A stretch of 64,000 nucleotides of DNA from Octopus bimaculoides (Eukaryota), in NCBI RefSeq assembly GCF_001194135.2, contig NC_068987.1, positions 72,197,159 to 72,261,158 of the forward strand, in the 5' to 3' direction. Within the stretch, counting starts at the first letter, position 1; each line of letters opens with the position of its first letter. The notes under the pieces are model-generated. The model was given only the letters and a program-made list of their open reading frames with translations. It did not search any database and was not told where the DNA came from. A program made the translations under genes and the position numbers. Of the stretch, positions 13,560-27,584 are shown one piece after another.

Positions 13560-14701
13560 GTATGTCTACTAGCATTAGTTTTTGATAGATTTTATTGTTA
13601 GACAATTCTTTTTCCTGACAATACTTGACTTCATTTCATACTGATATTGGACAATTTGGTAAACTGTTTATTCTCTGTGTTTTTTTTTTTTTTTNNNNNN
13701 NNNNTTTTTGTTTTTTAATGAATATCTCTAATGGTTTACTCTTCTTTCTTCAGTAAGATTTACATATATATTCTGAAAATTGAAATCACAAACTTTTACT
13801 CCATGCAAGGTCCCACAATTTTTATTCACTATACATATAGACTAGGAGCATCTAAGGGTATATTTAGACTCAATATCATGTGTGATAGCCATATTAGGCC
13901 ACACTTAACATTATATCACCTTTCAAGCCACCATCAGACCTATAACTTAATTTTTTTTTTCTTTTACATATATCAGACTACAGCATCTAAGAAAATACTT
14001 TGTAGTTTTGTTTTCAGTTCTTTACATTCTGAGTTCAAATTCCACTAAGGTCATCTTTGCTTTCCATCCTTGTGAGTTCAATAAAATACTGTGTCAGTTC
14101 TCAGAAACAGATTAGAAGAATTGTTTGAGCATTGAACAAAATGCCTTATGGTATTTCTTCTGGGTGTCTGGGCAGATTTGGTGAACTTGTCTGCATCTAA
14201 TCCTAACAGGATAGTGTCTTGCAAAAGATATCCAAAGGAAGCCATGGGAAAACCCCCTTTATATCCTCCCATGAAAATTTCATGAAAAGCACAATATGAT
14301 TATCATAGCAGTCATCAGAAATTATTCATCAACCTGATGATGTAAGGAACAAAGTACTGCATTATCTAATGTGCCTTTTTAAGATAGTAACTGAGATTTG
14401 CTTGCTATTTCTAGCTGGTTGAGCAACATCGTAGAAGCTTTATCTTTTACTGGTCATTATTGTTTTGCTCCAGATTAGCTCAGATCCAAGAAATCGATGA
14501 TCACATACATTCTAACTGTGGCCACTCCATCTAGTTCAGACACAATGTATCTAGGACAGTATTATTCAACGTATTTTTTAAAGACGCTTGAGAAAAATGT
14601 TGTTGCCAATATCTTCTTAAAGCCATTCAGTTGATGTTGATTTTGTTATTTTTCAATTATATTTTAATGGTAATAATTTTGTTTTTTATGTTCTCAAACA
14701 G

Positions 14702-14803
14702 ACTTCATGTTTCTGCAGTTCCTGAGTCACTACCATGCAGAGAAAAAGAATTTGCAGATATTTATTCATTTGTGGAAGGTAAAATCCTTGATGGAACTGG
14801 AGG
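14702..14803 (+). CDS. ORC1: ORC1 exon 6
   Basis: [34 protein letters not shown], nearly identical to human [25 protein letters not shown] boundaries. Confidence 0.97.
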
Positions 14804-16874
14804 GTAAGAAGCTTAATGTTTTTCATGTTATTTTCCATAAAGTAAGAAAAGTTCAATTAATGATGTTTGTTTAATTGGTTGACACCATTCACTCCCAGAC
14901 ACACCTCAGCCTCCAGCCTGCAGGCTTGCTATCTCCTCTCTTTGCCTTTTCTAGTGCTATTATAATGACCTCTACTTCTCAGAAATAGCTGGACTCATGT
15001 TACCTCCAATAAGGCATTCCTATCTTACTTGTCTCTTCTCTTCTCTTGTTGTGTCCATCCAACCCTTTAGGCCTTCCATCCCAGAACGTCAGCCCTCTGG
15101 AATTCCTCAGGTACAAATTTCATGACACATATTAGGATCCTTGGTCTGAATGGCTTGAAACTGGAGCATCAAACATGAAGGATTATATTTAGAATAAAGC
15201 AATTTACTGTAGATGCTATCATTTATTAACATCCGAGTGGAAAGGAAACCTTGAGTGCTCATCTATAATCGCAAACACATAGCAATAAGAGTTAGAGGAT
15301 GGTAGGAGATCTATGAAGTTGGCACTGACATACTCAAATGGTTCTATGGATATGGTGAGAATCAGTTGTTAAAACTCAGTCTATTTATTTGGCTAAAATA
15401 TTCATCTTCAGTATTCAAAGCACAAATGTGTTTATCTTTACAGAGTTATTTTTCATGATTTCGAGGTTAATTAAAGACATTTAATTTACAATTTTCCATC
15501 AGAATTAATATAACAGTAATGCTTATGCATTTCGCCTAGCACAACACTACACCTTACTACAGTTCACTGCTCTGTATTACATAGAAAAGTCATCCATATT
15601 GTTTGTATATTAGGGACTACAGCATCCAGTATATCTTTTTGTTTAAGATAGGGTGGGATTTAACGAAGATAAGGTTGCTGTCTTCAACAAGTCAAGTCAC
15701 ACTACTTTTTTGACCTGCTACAAATAGCAGTCAAAGCTCTCTCAAACCTGTTTTTTTTTTTTAATGACATATATATATATATATATAATGTATGATACAC
15801 ATCAACAACAGTGCACAATAAGATCTATGATGGTAGAGTCCTTGAAGTGTAAAGTTCCAATGGTAATCCAGGTGGAGTTTATGATAAAGTGGATAAGTAG
15901 AGGGATCAAAGATCCAAGAAGAAGGTAGGAGAGATGAGGATCCAAGAGAGGAGGAAGTTCAGTCAGGCAGGATCCGCCTGGTGTGGTAGTCCAAGTACAC
16001 TCTATTAAAAAAATAATAATAGATTGATGAGCTGGTCACTGGTTGAATGCTTCTGATTATAAATGTGTTTGATCAGGATTGTTGATTTGGAACTAAATTG
16101 CAACACCATGTTACACTACACTGCTGCACATTACACCACACTGCCACTCTACTCTATATGAGAGAATTAGGGATCCTCATTTTTTTTAAAATGGCACATT
16201 GGATAATATCATCATCATCATATTTTAACATCCTCTTTTCAAATGCTGACATTGGTCAGACAAAGTTTATTGAGGCAAATTTTTCTACAGCTAGGTGTCC
16301 ATCCTGTCACCAACCCTCATTTGTCTCCAAGCAAGGTAATATTTCCCCATGGTCTGGCATACATGCTCTCACAGATTATTGGAAAGAATGACACTGCTTG
16401 TATGACTGTGACATTTGTTTACAACTAGCAAGTGATGTGAGGACAAGGAAACACAAACATATATGCATGCACACACACACACACTCACACACACATATAA
16501 TGCGAATCTCTTCAGTTTCTGCCTGCCAAATCCACTCACAAAGCTTTGGTTGGCCCAAAGCTATAACAGAAGACATTTGTCGAGGTGATTGGGAAGCAAA
16601 CTTCTCAATCACACAGGCAGGTCTATACCCAATTTAGAGAATGACAAGATGGTCACAGCTGAATCATCTTTGACCATAGATCTACTCAATCAGAACTAAC
16701 TTGAAGTTAAACACCAGCAAAATACTACTCAAAATGACATTACTCCTCACAAGTAGAACATTAAATATATAAATCTCACTGCTTTGAGAAGCCTTACATA
16801 TCAGTACAGTTGCTTCTTTTAGACCTATCAGTCCATAATAACAAGAGCCCCTTTAATGTATTCATGTTTTTTAG

Positions 16875-17046
16875 GTGTATGTACATATCTGGTGTACCTG
16901 GTACTGGAAAGACTGCCACAGTGCAGGAAGTTATTCGTAACTTAAGAGAAGCTTCTGAGGCTGGTGATATTGGAATGTTCCGGTATATCGAACTGAATGG
17001 AATGAAGTTAACAGAACCCCATCAAGCTTATGTCCAACTTTTAAAG
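16875..17046 (+). CDS. ORC1: ORC1 exon 7 (Walker A)
   Basis: [23 protein letters not shown]...[21 protein letters not shown]. ttag acceptor, gtatgt donor. Confidence 0.98.
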
Positions 17047-17919
17047 GTATGTATTACAGTAAATGAGAGTTGAAGCATATCATGTCAGTAGAGAGATTAC
17101 AAACTAGAACTTTCGGCTGTGCATGTACCATCTTAAAATATGCACTCTCTATATTGAGCAAGTTGGCAAATTTCAGGAAGCATGGGAGTTTGGAAGGATG
17201 CAGTGTCCTGATATATTTTTATGTTTTTTTTTTCTGTTCATTTATTTATTTAATTTTGTATCACTCATAGAGATTTGCTGTAGTTGGCATAAATTAAAGA
17301 AGTCCCCACCTCCAGAAACTTCATCAGATAAGTCCTAAGTGTGTGTCTAGTCCAGGCATGAGCAACCATTTTCAAAAATTGGGCCACATGGCTCATCACC
17401 TGGTGGGCTGCACAACTAAAACAATTCTAGGTAAATTTTGATAAGGTGTGCCATTCAGAAAGTCCGTTGGGCTGCAGTTTACCCATGAATGGTCTAGTCT
17501 GTGTGATCATACCAGTTGGTAATAAAGAAGGACTTCTAATAGTAAAAAGAACCCATCCAAAACAGCAACTAAATGCACTGAAGACCGGGCATCTTTGAGG
17601 TGCTATGTTGACATTAGTATTATATGGGAAGGCTGATGCATTTTCAAACAAGCCCAAACTATGCATAGATTAACACAGGAGATACAAAACTGATGAATAA
17701 TAATGAGTTTTAACATTGACAAAAGGTTTTGCAGAGAAAAGTCAATTCACTAACCCCAGGACTTGATTGGTATGCATTTCATCAATCCTGTATAATTGAA
17801 AGAGAAACTCAACATCAGTGAAATTTGAACATGAGACATAAATGCTTGCATAGCATTTTCCCTGCACTTACTAATCCTGCCATTCCCTATATTAATAATA
17901 ATAATGATATTACTTCTAG

Positions 17920-18027
17920 CAATTGACTGGACAGAAGACCAGTGCTGAACATGCTGTAGACATTCTTCATAAAAGATTCAACAATTTAGCACCAAGAAGA
18001 GAAACCAATATTCTACTTGTTGATGAG
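17920..18027 (+). CDS. ORC1: ORC1 exon 8 (Walker B)
   Basis: QLTGQKTSAEHAVDILHKRF...TNILLVDE, donor gtaagt. 108 nt, phase 0/0. Confidence 0.97.
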
Positions 18028-19187
18028 GTAAGTTCCTGGAAGCTAATCAAAGAAATATTTCATCTTGCTTTTGTTTAATCCATGAATGAATAGTTTCAGA
18101 TATTTTTTTTTTTCTTGAAATTTAATTTGTTTATTATTTCTTTTTAATTTCAAAAAATGGCTCTTTAAATAAATATTAAAATTCTAGATGTTATCAGTCT
18201 ACTTGCAGACCTGATGATGTGTTTTTGTAACCATTAACACAATGTGTTGATAAAATATGCACTACATACAGCTGTAGCAGGTTTCTATGTTTGCCTGTAA
18301 ATCTCTGTGTCTCTGTCTGTGTATCATCATCATTGTTTTAATGTTCACTTTTCCATGCTTCATGAGGACAGCCAGAATTTCTTGAAGGGTATTTTATGCA
18401 GCTGGATACCTTTCCTGTTGTCAGCCTCACCTGTTTCTAAGCAAGGTGATATTTCTCTATGACCAAACAGACTGTCACAGAAAGTTGAATCAAAATTAGC
18501 TCCCTTTTCAGAGACACATGCAAAGTAACAGGCGTTCACACAGCTTTTCATTCTGTAATAACACTTCTACTTTGGATCTTTGCTCTCTGGAGCTTTAGTG
18601 ATATGTGTGTGTGTGTGTGTGTGTTTAGTTCTTTTTTTTTTACCATCATCATAACAATATAACACCCACTTTCCATGCTGGCATAGGTTGGTTTGTTCAA
18701 CAAGAGTTAACAAGTCATAAGACTGATCCAAGTTTCAGTGTGTTCTCAGTCATGATTTCTATGGTTGGATGCCCCTCCTAATGCCAACCGCTTTACAGAG
18801 TGTACTGGATGCTTTTTACATGGCATTGGCACCAGTGAGATCACCAAGTACTTCACAGGGCAAGAACCTTCAGCAAGAGTGGGTATGGTATTGAGGGAAG
18901 TGGCTTTGTGCCAGGTGACAAGAGGTTAAAGTATGATAGAGGGACAGGAACAGGTGTCTTGTTGTAAGGGAGATACGTAGCTACCCTAATTGAAAAAGAA
19001 AGATGGTGATGCAACCATGTCAGTGTGTACCATCAAGTTGCAGGGAGTTTCCATTAAGAACCATCACTCTCCACAGACACAGAATGCATAGATAGTTTGT
19101 TTTAATCTATTTTTCTTGTTAATAAGAGCATTTATGTATACACACACATATGTATTCAATCTTTGTTTTTCGTTACCTTAAAATTAG

Positions 19188-19337
19188 CTTGATTTACTGT
19201 GGACAAGAAAACAAGATGTTATGTATAATATATTTGATTGGCCATCAAAGCCTCATGCCCGACTTGTGGTACTTGCTGTAGCAAACACCATGGATTTACC
19301 TGAACGCATCATGATGAGACGAGTTTCTAGCCGTCTT
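19188..19337 (+). CDS. ORC1: ORC1 exon 9 (sensor I / arginine-finger region)
   Basis: [50 protein letters not shown], donor gtaagt. Confidence 0.98.
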
Positions 19338-20732
19338 GTAAGTACTTTTGCATTATGAATAGTTTTATCCTCAACTCTCAATATTTTTCCAGTCCTTTTT
19401 TTTTTTTTTTTTTTTTTACCGACCAAATATTTTATTTATCTTGTATCTCAGGACAGTCATTATGCCAATAATAAGCAAATGCACTGATTTTATTTCACTT
19501 CTTTTAATATTATTAGTCACTTTGGAAAGCAGCCAGCTGGTAGAATTGTTAGCATGCTGGGTAAATGCTTAGCAGTATTTCATCCATCTTTACGTTCTGA
19601 GTTCAAATTCCATTGATGTCAGCTTTGCCTTTCATCCTTTTGGGGTCAGTAAAATAAGTACCAGTTAAACACTGGAGTCAATGTAATTGTTTTAGCCTCT
19701 TCCTTGAAATTGCTGGCCTTGTGCCAAAATTTGAAATCAGTATTAGTTAATTTGTTAACATTTAACTAAACAATTGTTTGACTAATTGTATGTTCAATTG
19801 ATAAATGAGCTAAGTTTGTCAAAGTCTGTCAGACCTGGTATAGAGAGGGCATTTCATTGCTGACATCACAAATGGCAAAGAAAGGACTTCTTTTACATTA
19901 CCAATACCTCTCTCACAACTTTTTTCAATGTTATTGTTATTCTTCTTTTAATCATTGAACACATTCAAGGGAGTTACATTGATTATATCAACCCCAGTAT
20001 TATTTAAGTCTTGATTCCTATTTATCAAATGCCTTAATTACCTTTTGACATGAAAGGCACACTTGGTGCTAGTATTCACATACATACATGTATGTGTGTG
20101 TGTATCATCATTTGCTGTCCAATTTTCCATGCTTGCATTGATGAGATGGAATTTGTTGAGGCAGATTTTTTACAGCCAAATACTCTTCTTGTCACCAAAC
20201 CTTACCTGTTTCCAAGCAAAGTAATATATATATTTCCACACAGTTTCTGTCTTCCAAATTCCATTCACATAGCATTTGCCAACCCAAAGTTAGAGTGGAA
20301 AACATTTCCCCAAGGTATTATATAGCGGAATCAAACATGGAACCAAATGGCTGCAAAGCAACTTTCTTAACTTCATTGTTATGCTTTTGACAGTTGTTAT
20401 TTTAAGATTATAATGGACAACCACTAATTGCTACCCCATGTAATATTCTAAAAGAATACGTTTCAACTATGCTTGGTTCTAATCATCATCTTTTAATGTC
20501 CGCTTTCCATGCTGACATGAGTTGTGGAATTTGATCAGAGTTGACCAGCTGGAAAGCTGCATAAGGCTCCAGTATGATTTGGCTTGGTTTTACAGTTGGA
20601 TGCCCTTCCTAACACCAACCACTTTACAGTGTGCTGGGTGCTTTTTAAAAATTGTGTAACTGTGTCGTAGATATTTGGAGAGATGTAATTATTTGGACTA
20701 ATTATCTTCAAATGTATTAATTCTATCTGCAG

Positions 20733-20852
20733 GGACTTACTCGAATGACTTTTCAGCCTTACACTTTCAAGCAGCTTCAGCAAATTGTTCTGTCTCGACT
20801 ACAAGGACTGAAAGCATTTGATGAAGATGCCATCCAGCTAGCTGCACGCAAA
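20733..20852 (+). CDS. ORC1: ORC1 exon 10
   Basis: [40 protein letters not shown], donor gtaagg. Confidence 0.98.
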
Positions 20853-21552
20853 GTAAGGAACTTTCCCCTTTATTCTTCTAGTCTGTTCTCAATTTTCTGT
20901 CACCACACAATGTAGTTTCATGTTTGTTTTCCCTATTTTTAATTATTAGTTTGTCCAAGGTAGAAAAGAACAAATCCCTTCAAGATTTTCTAGACAAAGG
21001 CATATTGATTGTTTAGTGAGTTAATACAAGTGTTGTTCAGTTTGAACTGCTGTCGGTTTGTTTTGAAGGCAAATGTTTGCAAGGAGGATATTCCAGAGGG
21101 CCTAATGCTGAACTCATTGGTTGTATATCTAAGACTAGAAGAGAGAGAACTCCTATGTGGTTGTACACTTAAGTGGTGGATAGGTAAACAGCCTCTAGAT
21201 ATAGGAATTAGTAGCAAATATAGAAATAAGTCATCTTGGGCCAAAATGTGCGCTGCTTTTTGCCAAAATACCAACTGGCAACCACTCAACCTAGGTTTAC
21301 AGGTTATGCGATGAGAAGCACTATAGTGGATGTGCAGTCAGTCTTAGCTTGGGTCATTCTACTGACCAGTGGTAACATCTGGTGCTGGGCAGAGGAAGCT
21401 CTGTGAGGTCAATAGCCAAGATCATCTAGACTTCAAAATATATTTCTGTTAACCTCTATAGATCCAGTAACCATAGACTTTATAGATTTAACGTTTATTC
21501 AGTGTATAACATATACCCATATATATTAAGCATTCACAACATTACATATATA

Positions 21553-22431
21553 CAGGATTGTGATGGGTAAATTGTCACCATTCTACATTTTTAATTTTGC
21601 ACATTCGCATTGTTTGTTTTTGATTTTGTCGACTACGCAGTATAGTAGGGTCAGTTGGGCATTGCCCATGAGAAAAACAGCACTGTAATGCAATTAACTC
21701 TGCCAGAAATTTGGAAACGACCTGCTTTACTGCTTGGCAATTGCGCCGGAAGCTCCGGTACAAAGAGATGGTGAATACACAGAATAACAGTTGACTTGCC
21801 ATATCCCCAAAACGTTGCCGAGTCATAAAAATCAAACATCCAGTCAACATCATGGTGGTTGGAGTGATCACTAGAGATGGCGATGTTATGCCTCCATTCA
21901 TCTTCCCACATGGCCTCAGACTTAACACGGAGGCCTACATCAAGTGCCTGGAAGAGGTGTTGCCTTGGGTCAAAAGGGTGACTGCTGGAAGACACTATGT
22001 CTGGCAACAGGACTCTACCATGCCACACAAACAGGAGAACCCAGTCATGGCTGTCAGACAATTTCTGCGACCACATCACCCCTAACATCTGGCCACCTAA
22101 CTCCCTAGACTACAACCTCCTTAATTATTATGTGTGGGGTGCAGTTGAGTGAGAGACCAATGAAACTCCTTGTAACATGAAAGATGAACTAAAGGCAAGG
22201 ATTATGACAGCATTCACCAACTTAAACAAGGGGACCATCCAGCAGAGTTGCTGGAGATTCCAAAGTCGTCTGGAGGCCGTGGCTGAAACCAATGACGAGT
22301 TTATTGAATAAATTTACACTTTAGTATTTCAGGATATTTTTATGTAATTTTGGTAAATATATCTGCTAAAATGAGATGTCGGTGTTTTCATTTTTGCGTA
22401 ATTTAGCCAACAGTTTATTTACTGAACCCTG
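21553..22431 (+). mobile_element. Internally deleted Tc1/mariner-superfamily element, maT (DD37D)-like
   Basis: TA-flanked with imperfect TIRs (CAGG.../...CCCTG). Encodes KHPVNIMVVGVITRDGDVMPPFIF...YVWQQDS, then after a frameshift PCHTNRRTQSWLSDNFCDHITPNIWPPNSLDYNLLNYYVW. About 37 residues separate the second and third catalytic positions; the third D is N. Confidence 0.85.
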
Positions 22432-22453
22432 TATGTATGTATATATATACATG

Positions 22454-22494
<41 letters not shown>

Positions 22495-22780
22495 AAAGGA
22501 TGTGTTATAATACTATTCCACAGCCAAACCGACAATCCAATAATACCATTCCACATATACAGAAACAGCCATACCAACCATCCAACATACCTCCATCATC
22601 AGCTGCTCCATGGGTATCATTATGGTTTCGACACTAGTGGTACCATTCAATCCGGCAGTGTCAACAGCACTAAAATAAGTGTTGTTTGGGAACAAACAAA
22701 CCAAAGAAATCACAACTTTCAAACACATATATCCTATGTACAACTGTATTGGTAAATAAATTCAATAAATATATATGTAT

Positions 22781-22827
<47 letters not shown>

Positions 22828-23456
22828 ATGTCTGCTTTCTATGCTTACATAGGTTGGATATGTCATCACAGTTCAAGTCAGTTGATATAATGAACTTATT
22901 GTATACAGTGGTCAAATGCATGACTTGTTGGAAATGGTTAAAAGAGAGACAGAAACCAGACATATCAGTCGAGTGAATAAAGAATGATAGCAATGGAAGC
23001 TAGAAATATATTTATTTATTTATTTTATTTATGTGTTTCAGCCAAGTGGCTGCGGTCATGCTGGTGCACCACCGTGAAAAAACTTATGAATGAAGCACAA
23101 AAGAAGGGAAAATGGAACATTAAAGATAGTCATAAAATATAAGGGGGCACATAAGGTATAGATCTGGTGAATTTCAGGAAGCATGGGATTTTTGAAGGAT
23201 TCAGTGTCCTGACAGTTAACAATGGATTCTTTACTCTTTACTCTTTTGTTTCAGTCATTTGACTGAGACCATGCTGGAGCACCGCCTTTAGTCGAGAAAA
23301 TCGACCCCAGGACTTATTCTTTGTAAGCCTAGTACTTATTCTATCAGTCTCTTTTGCTGAACCGCTAGTTTACGGGGACCTAAACACACCAGCATTGGTT
23401 GTCAAGTGATGTGGTGGGGAGAAACACAGACACACAAACATATATATATATATATA

Positions 23457-23780
23457 TCATCATCATCATCATCGTTTAACGTCCGCTTTCCTTGCTAGCA
23501 TGGGTTGGACGATTTGACTGAGGACTGGTGAAACCAGATGGCTTCACCAGGCTCCAATCTGATTTGGCAGAGTTTCTACAGCTGGATGCCCTTCCTAACG
23601 CCAACCACTCAGAGAGTGTAGTGGGTGCTTTTACGTGCTACCGGCACGAAGGCCAGTCAGGCGGTACTGGCAACAGCCACGCTCAAAATGGTGTATTTTA
23701 TGTGCCACCCGCACAAGAGCCAGTCCAGGGGCACTGGCAATGATCTCGCTCAAAAATCCTTACACATGTCACAGGCACAA
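23457..23780 (-). mobile_element. RTE-tail repeat, opposite orientation
   Basis: (TCA)n-gtttaacgtccgctttcc... Other minus copies at about 3155, 10655, 11163, 18640, 20485, 29505, 30388, 36770, 50915, 51962, 54688 and 63405. Confidence 0.8.
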
Positions 23781-24369
23781 NNNNNNNNNNNNNNNNNNNN
23801 NNNNNNNNNNNNNNNNNNNNNNNNNNNNNNNNNNNNNNNNNNNNNNNNNNNNNNNNNNNNNNNNNNNNNNNNNNNNNNNNNNNNNNNNNNNNNNNNNNNN
23901 NNNNNNNNNNNNNNNNNNNNNNNNNNNNNNNNNNNNNNNNNNNNNNNNNNNNNNNNNNNNNNNNNNNNNNNNNNNNNNNNNNNNNNNNNNNNNNNNNNNN
24001 NNNNNNNNNNNNNNNNNNNNNNNNNNNNNNNNNNNNNNNNNNNNNNNNNNNNNNNNNNNNNNNNNNNNNNNNNNNNNNNNNNNNNNNNNNNNNNNNNNNN
24101 NNNNNNNNNNNNNNNNNNNNNNNNNNNNNNNNNNNNNNNNNNNNNNNNNNNNNNNNNNNNNNNNNNNNNNNNNNNNNNNNNNNNNNNNNNNNNNNNNNNN
24201 NNNNNNNNNNNNNNNNNNNNNNNNNNNNNNNNNNNNNNNNNNNNNNNNNNNNNNNNNNNNNNNNNNNNNNNNNNNNNNNNNNNNNNNNNNNNNNNNNNNN
24301 NNNNNNNNNNNNNNNNNNNNNNNNNNNNNNNNNNNNNNNNNNNNNNNNNNNNNNNNNNNNNNNNNNNNN
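23781..24369. other. Assembly gap (589 N) in ORC1 intron 10
   Basis: N run between an RTE-tail repeat and (CA)n. Smaller gaps at 11615-11624, 13696-13704, 53778-53793 and 54919-54928. Confidence 0.99.
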
Positions 24370-24408
<39 letters not shown>

Positions 24409-24452
24409 TTATTTTTAAACAGGACTCAGCTATTCATCTATCAATTTTACAG

Positions 24453-24622
24453 GTTGCAGCTGTGTCTGGAGATGCACGTCGTGCGTTAGACATCTGCAGG
24501 AGAGCTACTGAAATAGCAGGACGCAAGAATTCTGATAATACAGGGCAGAAACTAGTGGGCATGTCACATGTGAATCAAGCGTTACAGGAAATGTATTCAT
24601 CTAGCCAGGTTTCTGCTATCAG
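24453..24622 (+). CDS. ORC1: ORC1 exon 11 (sensor II)
   Basis: VAAVSGDARRALDICRRATEIAG...MSHVNQALQEMYSSSQVSAIR. ttttacag acceptor, gtaact donor. Confidence 0.98.
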
Positions 24623-24872
24623 GTAACTTCATTCTTCAGTAGACTGCATAGATTGAAATTTGAATCATATTGTCTTACTATGACACTGTTTTCTCTATTC
24701 TTATGCCCTAATTTTCAGATATTATATTCACTCATACATGCACAAGCCATACATACATATATCTATATCTACTTATGATGCCTTGAGCAAAAACAAGAAG
24801 ATGAAATGAATGAGAGGGAAAAGTTTAAACAAAGGTGGTATTAGTATAATGCTTGAGAGGAAGGAAAAGAGT

Positions 24873-24908
24873 CTTTGACGTATTGAATGCTATTCCTTCA
24901 TCAGAAAA
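24873..24908 (-). ncRNA. Degenerate hammerhead ribozyme (GAAA corrupted)
   Basis: Minus strand UUUU CUGAUGA AG GAAU-agc-AUUC AAUA CGUC^AAAG, with a pyrimidine-rich downstream flank similar to the other copies. Confidence 0.5.
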
Positions 24909-26653
24909 AGGAAAGAGATGGAGAAGGTGGTGAATAAAAAAAATTCAGGACTAGGTAAGAATGAGGTTCTATAGGGTGGTGTGTGGAAGAGAGGAAGAGG
25001 TAGGTAGTGAGCAAGTTTTGGAGAGTATCCGTGTATAGAGTGGGCATAGGGGAGGTGTGTATAGAGGTGTACAAGTGTGAAAGGTGGGTTGATTAGGTGT
25101 GAATGTATTGTGTGGGAGAGGTAAAAGGCAAGATTGGAAAACCACTGAAGAAAACAGTATACTTGGTATATCTATCTACCTACCTACCTATCCAGTCTCC
25201 TAGCATCCCATTAGATTGATAAAGTATTTATCCAAAGCGATAGATTGATAAAATTGTTAGAGCATTAGTTGGTAGTAATTTGCAGTATCTGTTCCAGTGG
25301 TGGTTAACCAAGAGCATTCAGACTCAATGGCAACATATAAATACCTTGACTTATGAATATATGAAATGTCAGTGAAGATAAATATTAGATACAGGCAGCA
25401 ATTTTACCTCTGTATGTATCTGCATCTACACACACACACACACATACACTGTATGTATGTGTCATCATCATTGTTGTTGTTTGAATGTCCACTTTTCCAT
25501 GGGTCATACTGAATTTGTTGAGGCAAATTTTTCTATGACCAAATGCCCTTCCTGTTACCCACACTCACCTATTCCCAGGGAAGATTGGAAAAGAAAGACA
25601 CAGCTTGTATGACAGTGATGCTCACAGTTATTTTGTGATATCAAAACAAGGAAACAACCACCAACACGCACATATGTATATACACACATATGACAAGCTT
25701 ATTTCAGTCTGTCAACCAAATCAGCTCACAAGACTTTCAACACCCAGGGGCTATAGTTGAAGATACTTGCCTTTGGTACTGTGCAATGACATTGAACCGA
25801 AAACTACGTGATTGAGATGCAAACTTAACCATTCAGCTGTGCCTGCATCTTACACACATTTTATATATATATATAATGCTTCACCCACCTTTGTTCAAAA
25901 TAAAGCTGCATAGGATTGTCTACCTTTAGATTTGAATGTGTTGGAATTGATTTAATATAAATCAACCTAATGCACATACCTGCTATACCAAAGAACACTA
26001 GGATACTTATCCAGTAGAAACACATGTTGGAATGGAATATGAAGAGAATAAGTTATTAAATAAATTTTGAAGATCTATAATTCTCCATTCTTCATCATGA
26101 TATATATATGCTAAACCTTACAAAGGAGATGACAGAGGGCCGAGATATGTGTCACATTGCTGTACTTGAGAAGACCACCCGTCACAAAAGAATTGAGGTC
26201 CTAAAACCAAGTTGCCTTATACAAAGCACCCAGTACACTCTATAAAGTGGTTGGCATTAGGAAGGGTATCCAACCATAGAAACCCTGCCAAAGCAGACTA
26301 TGGAACCTGTTGTGGCCCCTGGCCTTGTCAGTTCCTGCCAAGCTGTCCAACCCATGCCACATTGAAAATTGGCATTAAATGTTGATGATGATATGTATAC
26401 ACACACTACACTATTACATTACATAGTGGAGGAAAGATGTGGCATATTTCTTTGTGCATAAATCTAATGCTACCATATTGAAATGCTGTTGAATATTGAA
26501 CACCTGAATAAAACGTTTCTCTCAAAATCCATCTGTTTACTTAAAATTATAGAGCACTAATCACCTTGATGATAATGATATGGATGATGTCACAGTGTGT
26601 TGCCACCCACATGGGAACTCCGATAAATAATCTTTCTCTCTATTTCTATTCAG

Positions 26654-26778
26654 AAATGCATCTGAACAAGAGCAACTATTCCTTAGAGCCATTATTGCAG
26701 AGTTCCAGCGTTGTGGCTTGGAAGAAGCACAGTTTTCCAAGCTTTACACTCAACACATTTCTCTTTGCAGGTTAGAAG
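26654..26778 (+). CDS. ORC1: ORC1 exon 12 (winged helix)
   Basis: [42 protein letters not shown], donor gttagt. Confidence 0.97.
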
Positions 26779-27392
26779 GTTAGTATCAAATAAAATCAGT
26801 GTAATTTGAATCAATTGATGTTGTGTTAGCAAAATGTCAAGCGAGTAAAATTAAAAAAAAAATTGTATAGGGGTCTGCCCAAATGTTGGCTGTTGCTTCT
26901 CTCAATAGTAACCTAATACACGTTTTTGTTTTTACTGTATTGACAATCTTTCTGCTCCATATTTCTGGCTCAGTTCTGATTATCTTTATTCTTTTCTGTG
27001 CTTTTAAAAAATTTTATATTGTTTCATATTCATATTTTTCCCCCACTAGAATTTAAACAAAATGCCTTGAGTGAATTTGGTAGATGGAGACTGTGGAAGC
27101 CAATTGTGTGTGTGTGTGTGTGTGTTTGTTTCTGTGTTTGTCCTCCACTACCACTTGACAACTGGTTTCTTGGTTTGTGTACTTCCTTGTAACTTGGCAG
27201 TTTGACAAAAGAGAGCGATAGAATTAGTGCCAGACTTTAAAAAATAGGTACTAGGTTGATTTGTTTTACCAAAACCCTCGAAGGTAGTGTCCCAGATGTC
27301 TTTCCTCTTTGTGTATTGCTAATCATTCTACCATGATGTGTGAACAGTGTTTTGTTGTTTACTTTGGAAATTCAGACATTTATTGTTTATAG

Positions 27393-27584
27393 CAGCACTT
27401 AAACTTTTTTCATTCATGACCCCATTTTTCATCACGAGATTTTTCGTGACCCCAGATATTAAATATGACACATCACGTTAAATATTGTGCGTTTGTGAAA
27501 TAACATATAAACTGAAATTCAAGTGTTTGTATTTAATTTTCGCGACCCCAAATGGAGTCGCGAGTCGTAGTTTATGAAGCGTTG
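27393..27584. mobile_element. hAT (Charlie-like) MITE
   Basis: Degenerate TIRs (CAGCAC-TTAAACT / AGTTTATGAAGCGTTG), internal GCGACCCC repeats, and an 8-bp TSD-like pair GTTTATAG / GTTTAGGG with central TA. Confidence 0.65.

Noticed and set aside
14880-15130. CR1/L2 LINE 3' remnant (PRTSALWNS)
   Set aside because: A single short motif in heavily decayed sequence, too weak to delimit as a feature.
17350-17420. hAT element starting CAGGCATGAGCAAC
   Set aside because: Only one terminus is visible, with no matching right TIR or transposase remnant I could read.
23781-24369. Missing ORC1 exon hidden in the gap
   Set aside because: AARK|VAAVSGDARR is contiguous with the human alignment and the phases match, so no exon is needed.
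23625-24489. Long ORFs of 210-333 aa in the supplied track
   Set aside because: Artefacts of the N gap. Only 24453-24622 is a real ORC1 exon.
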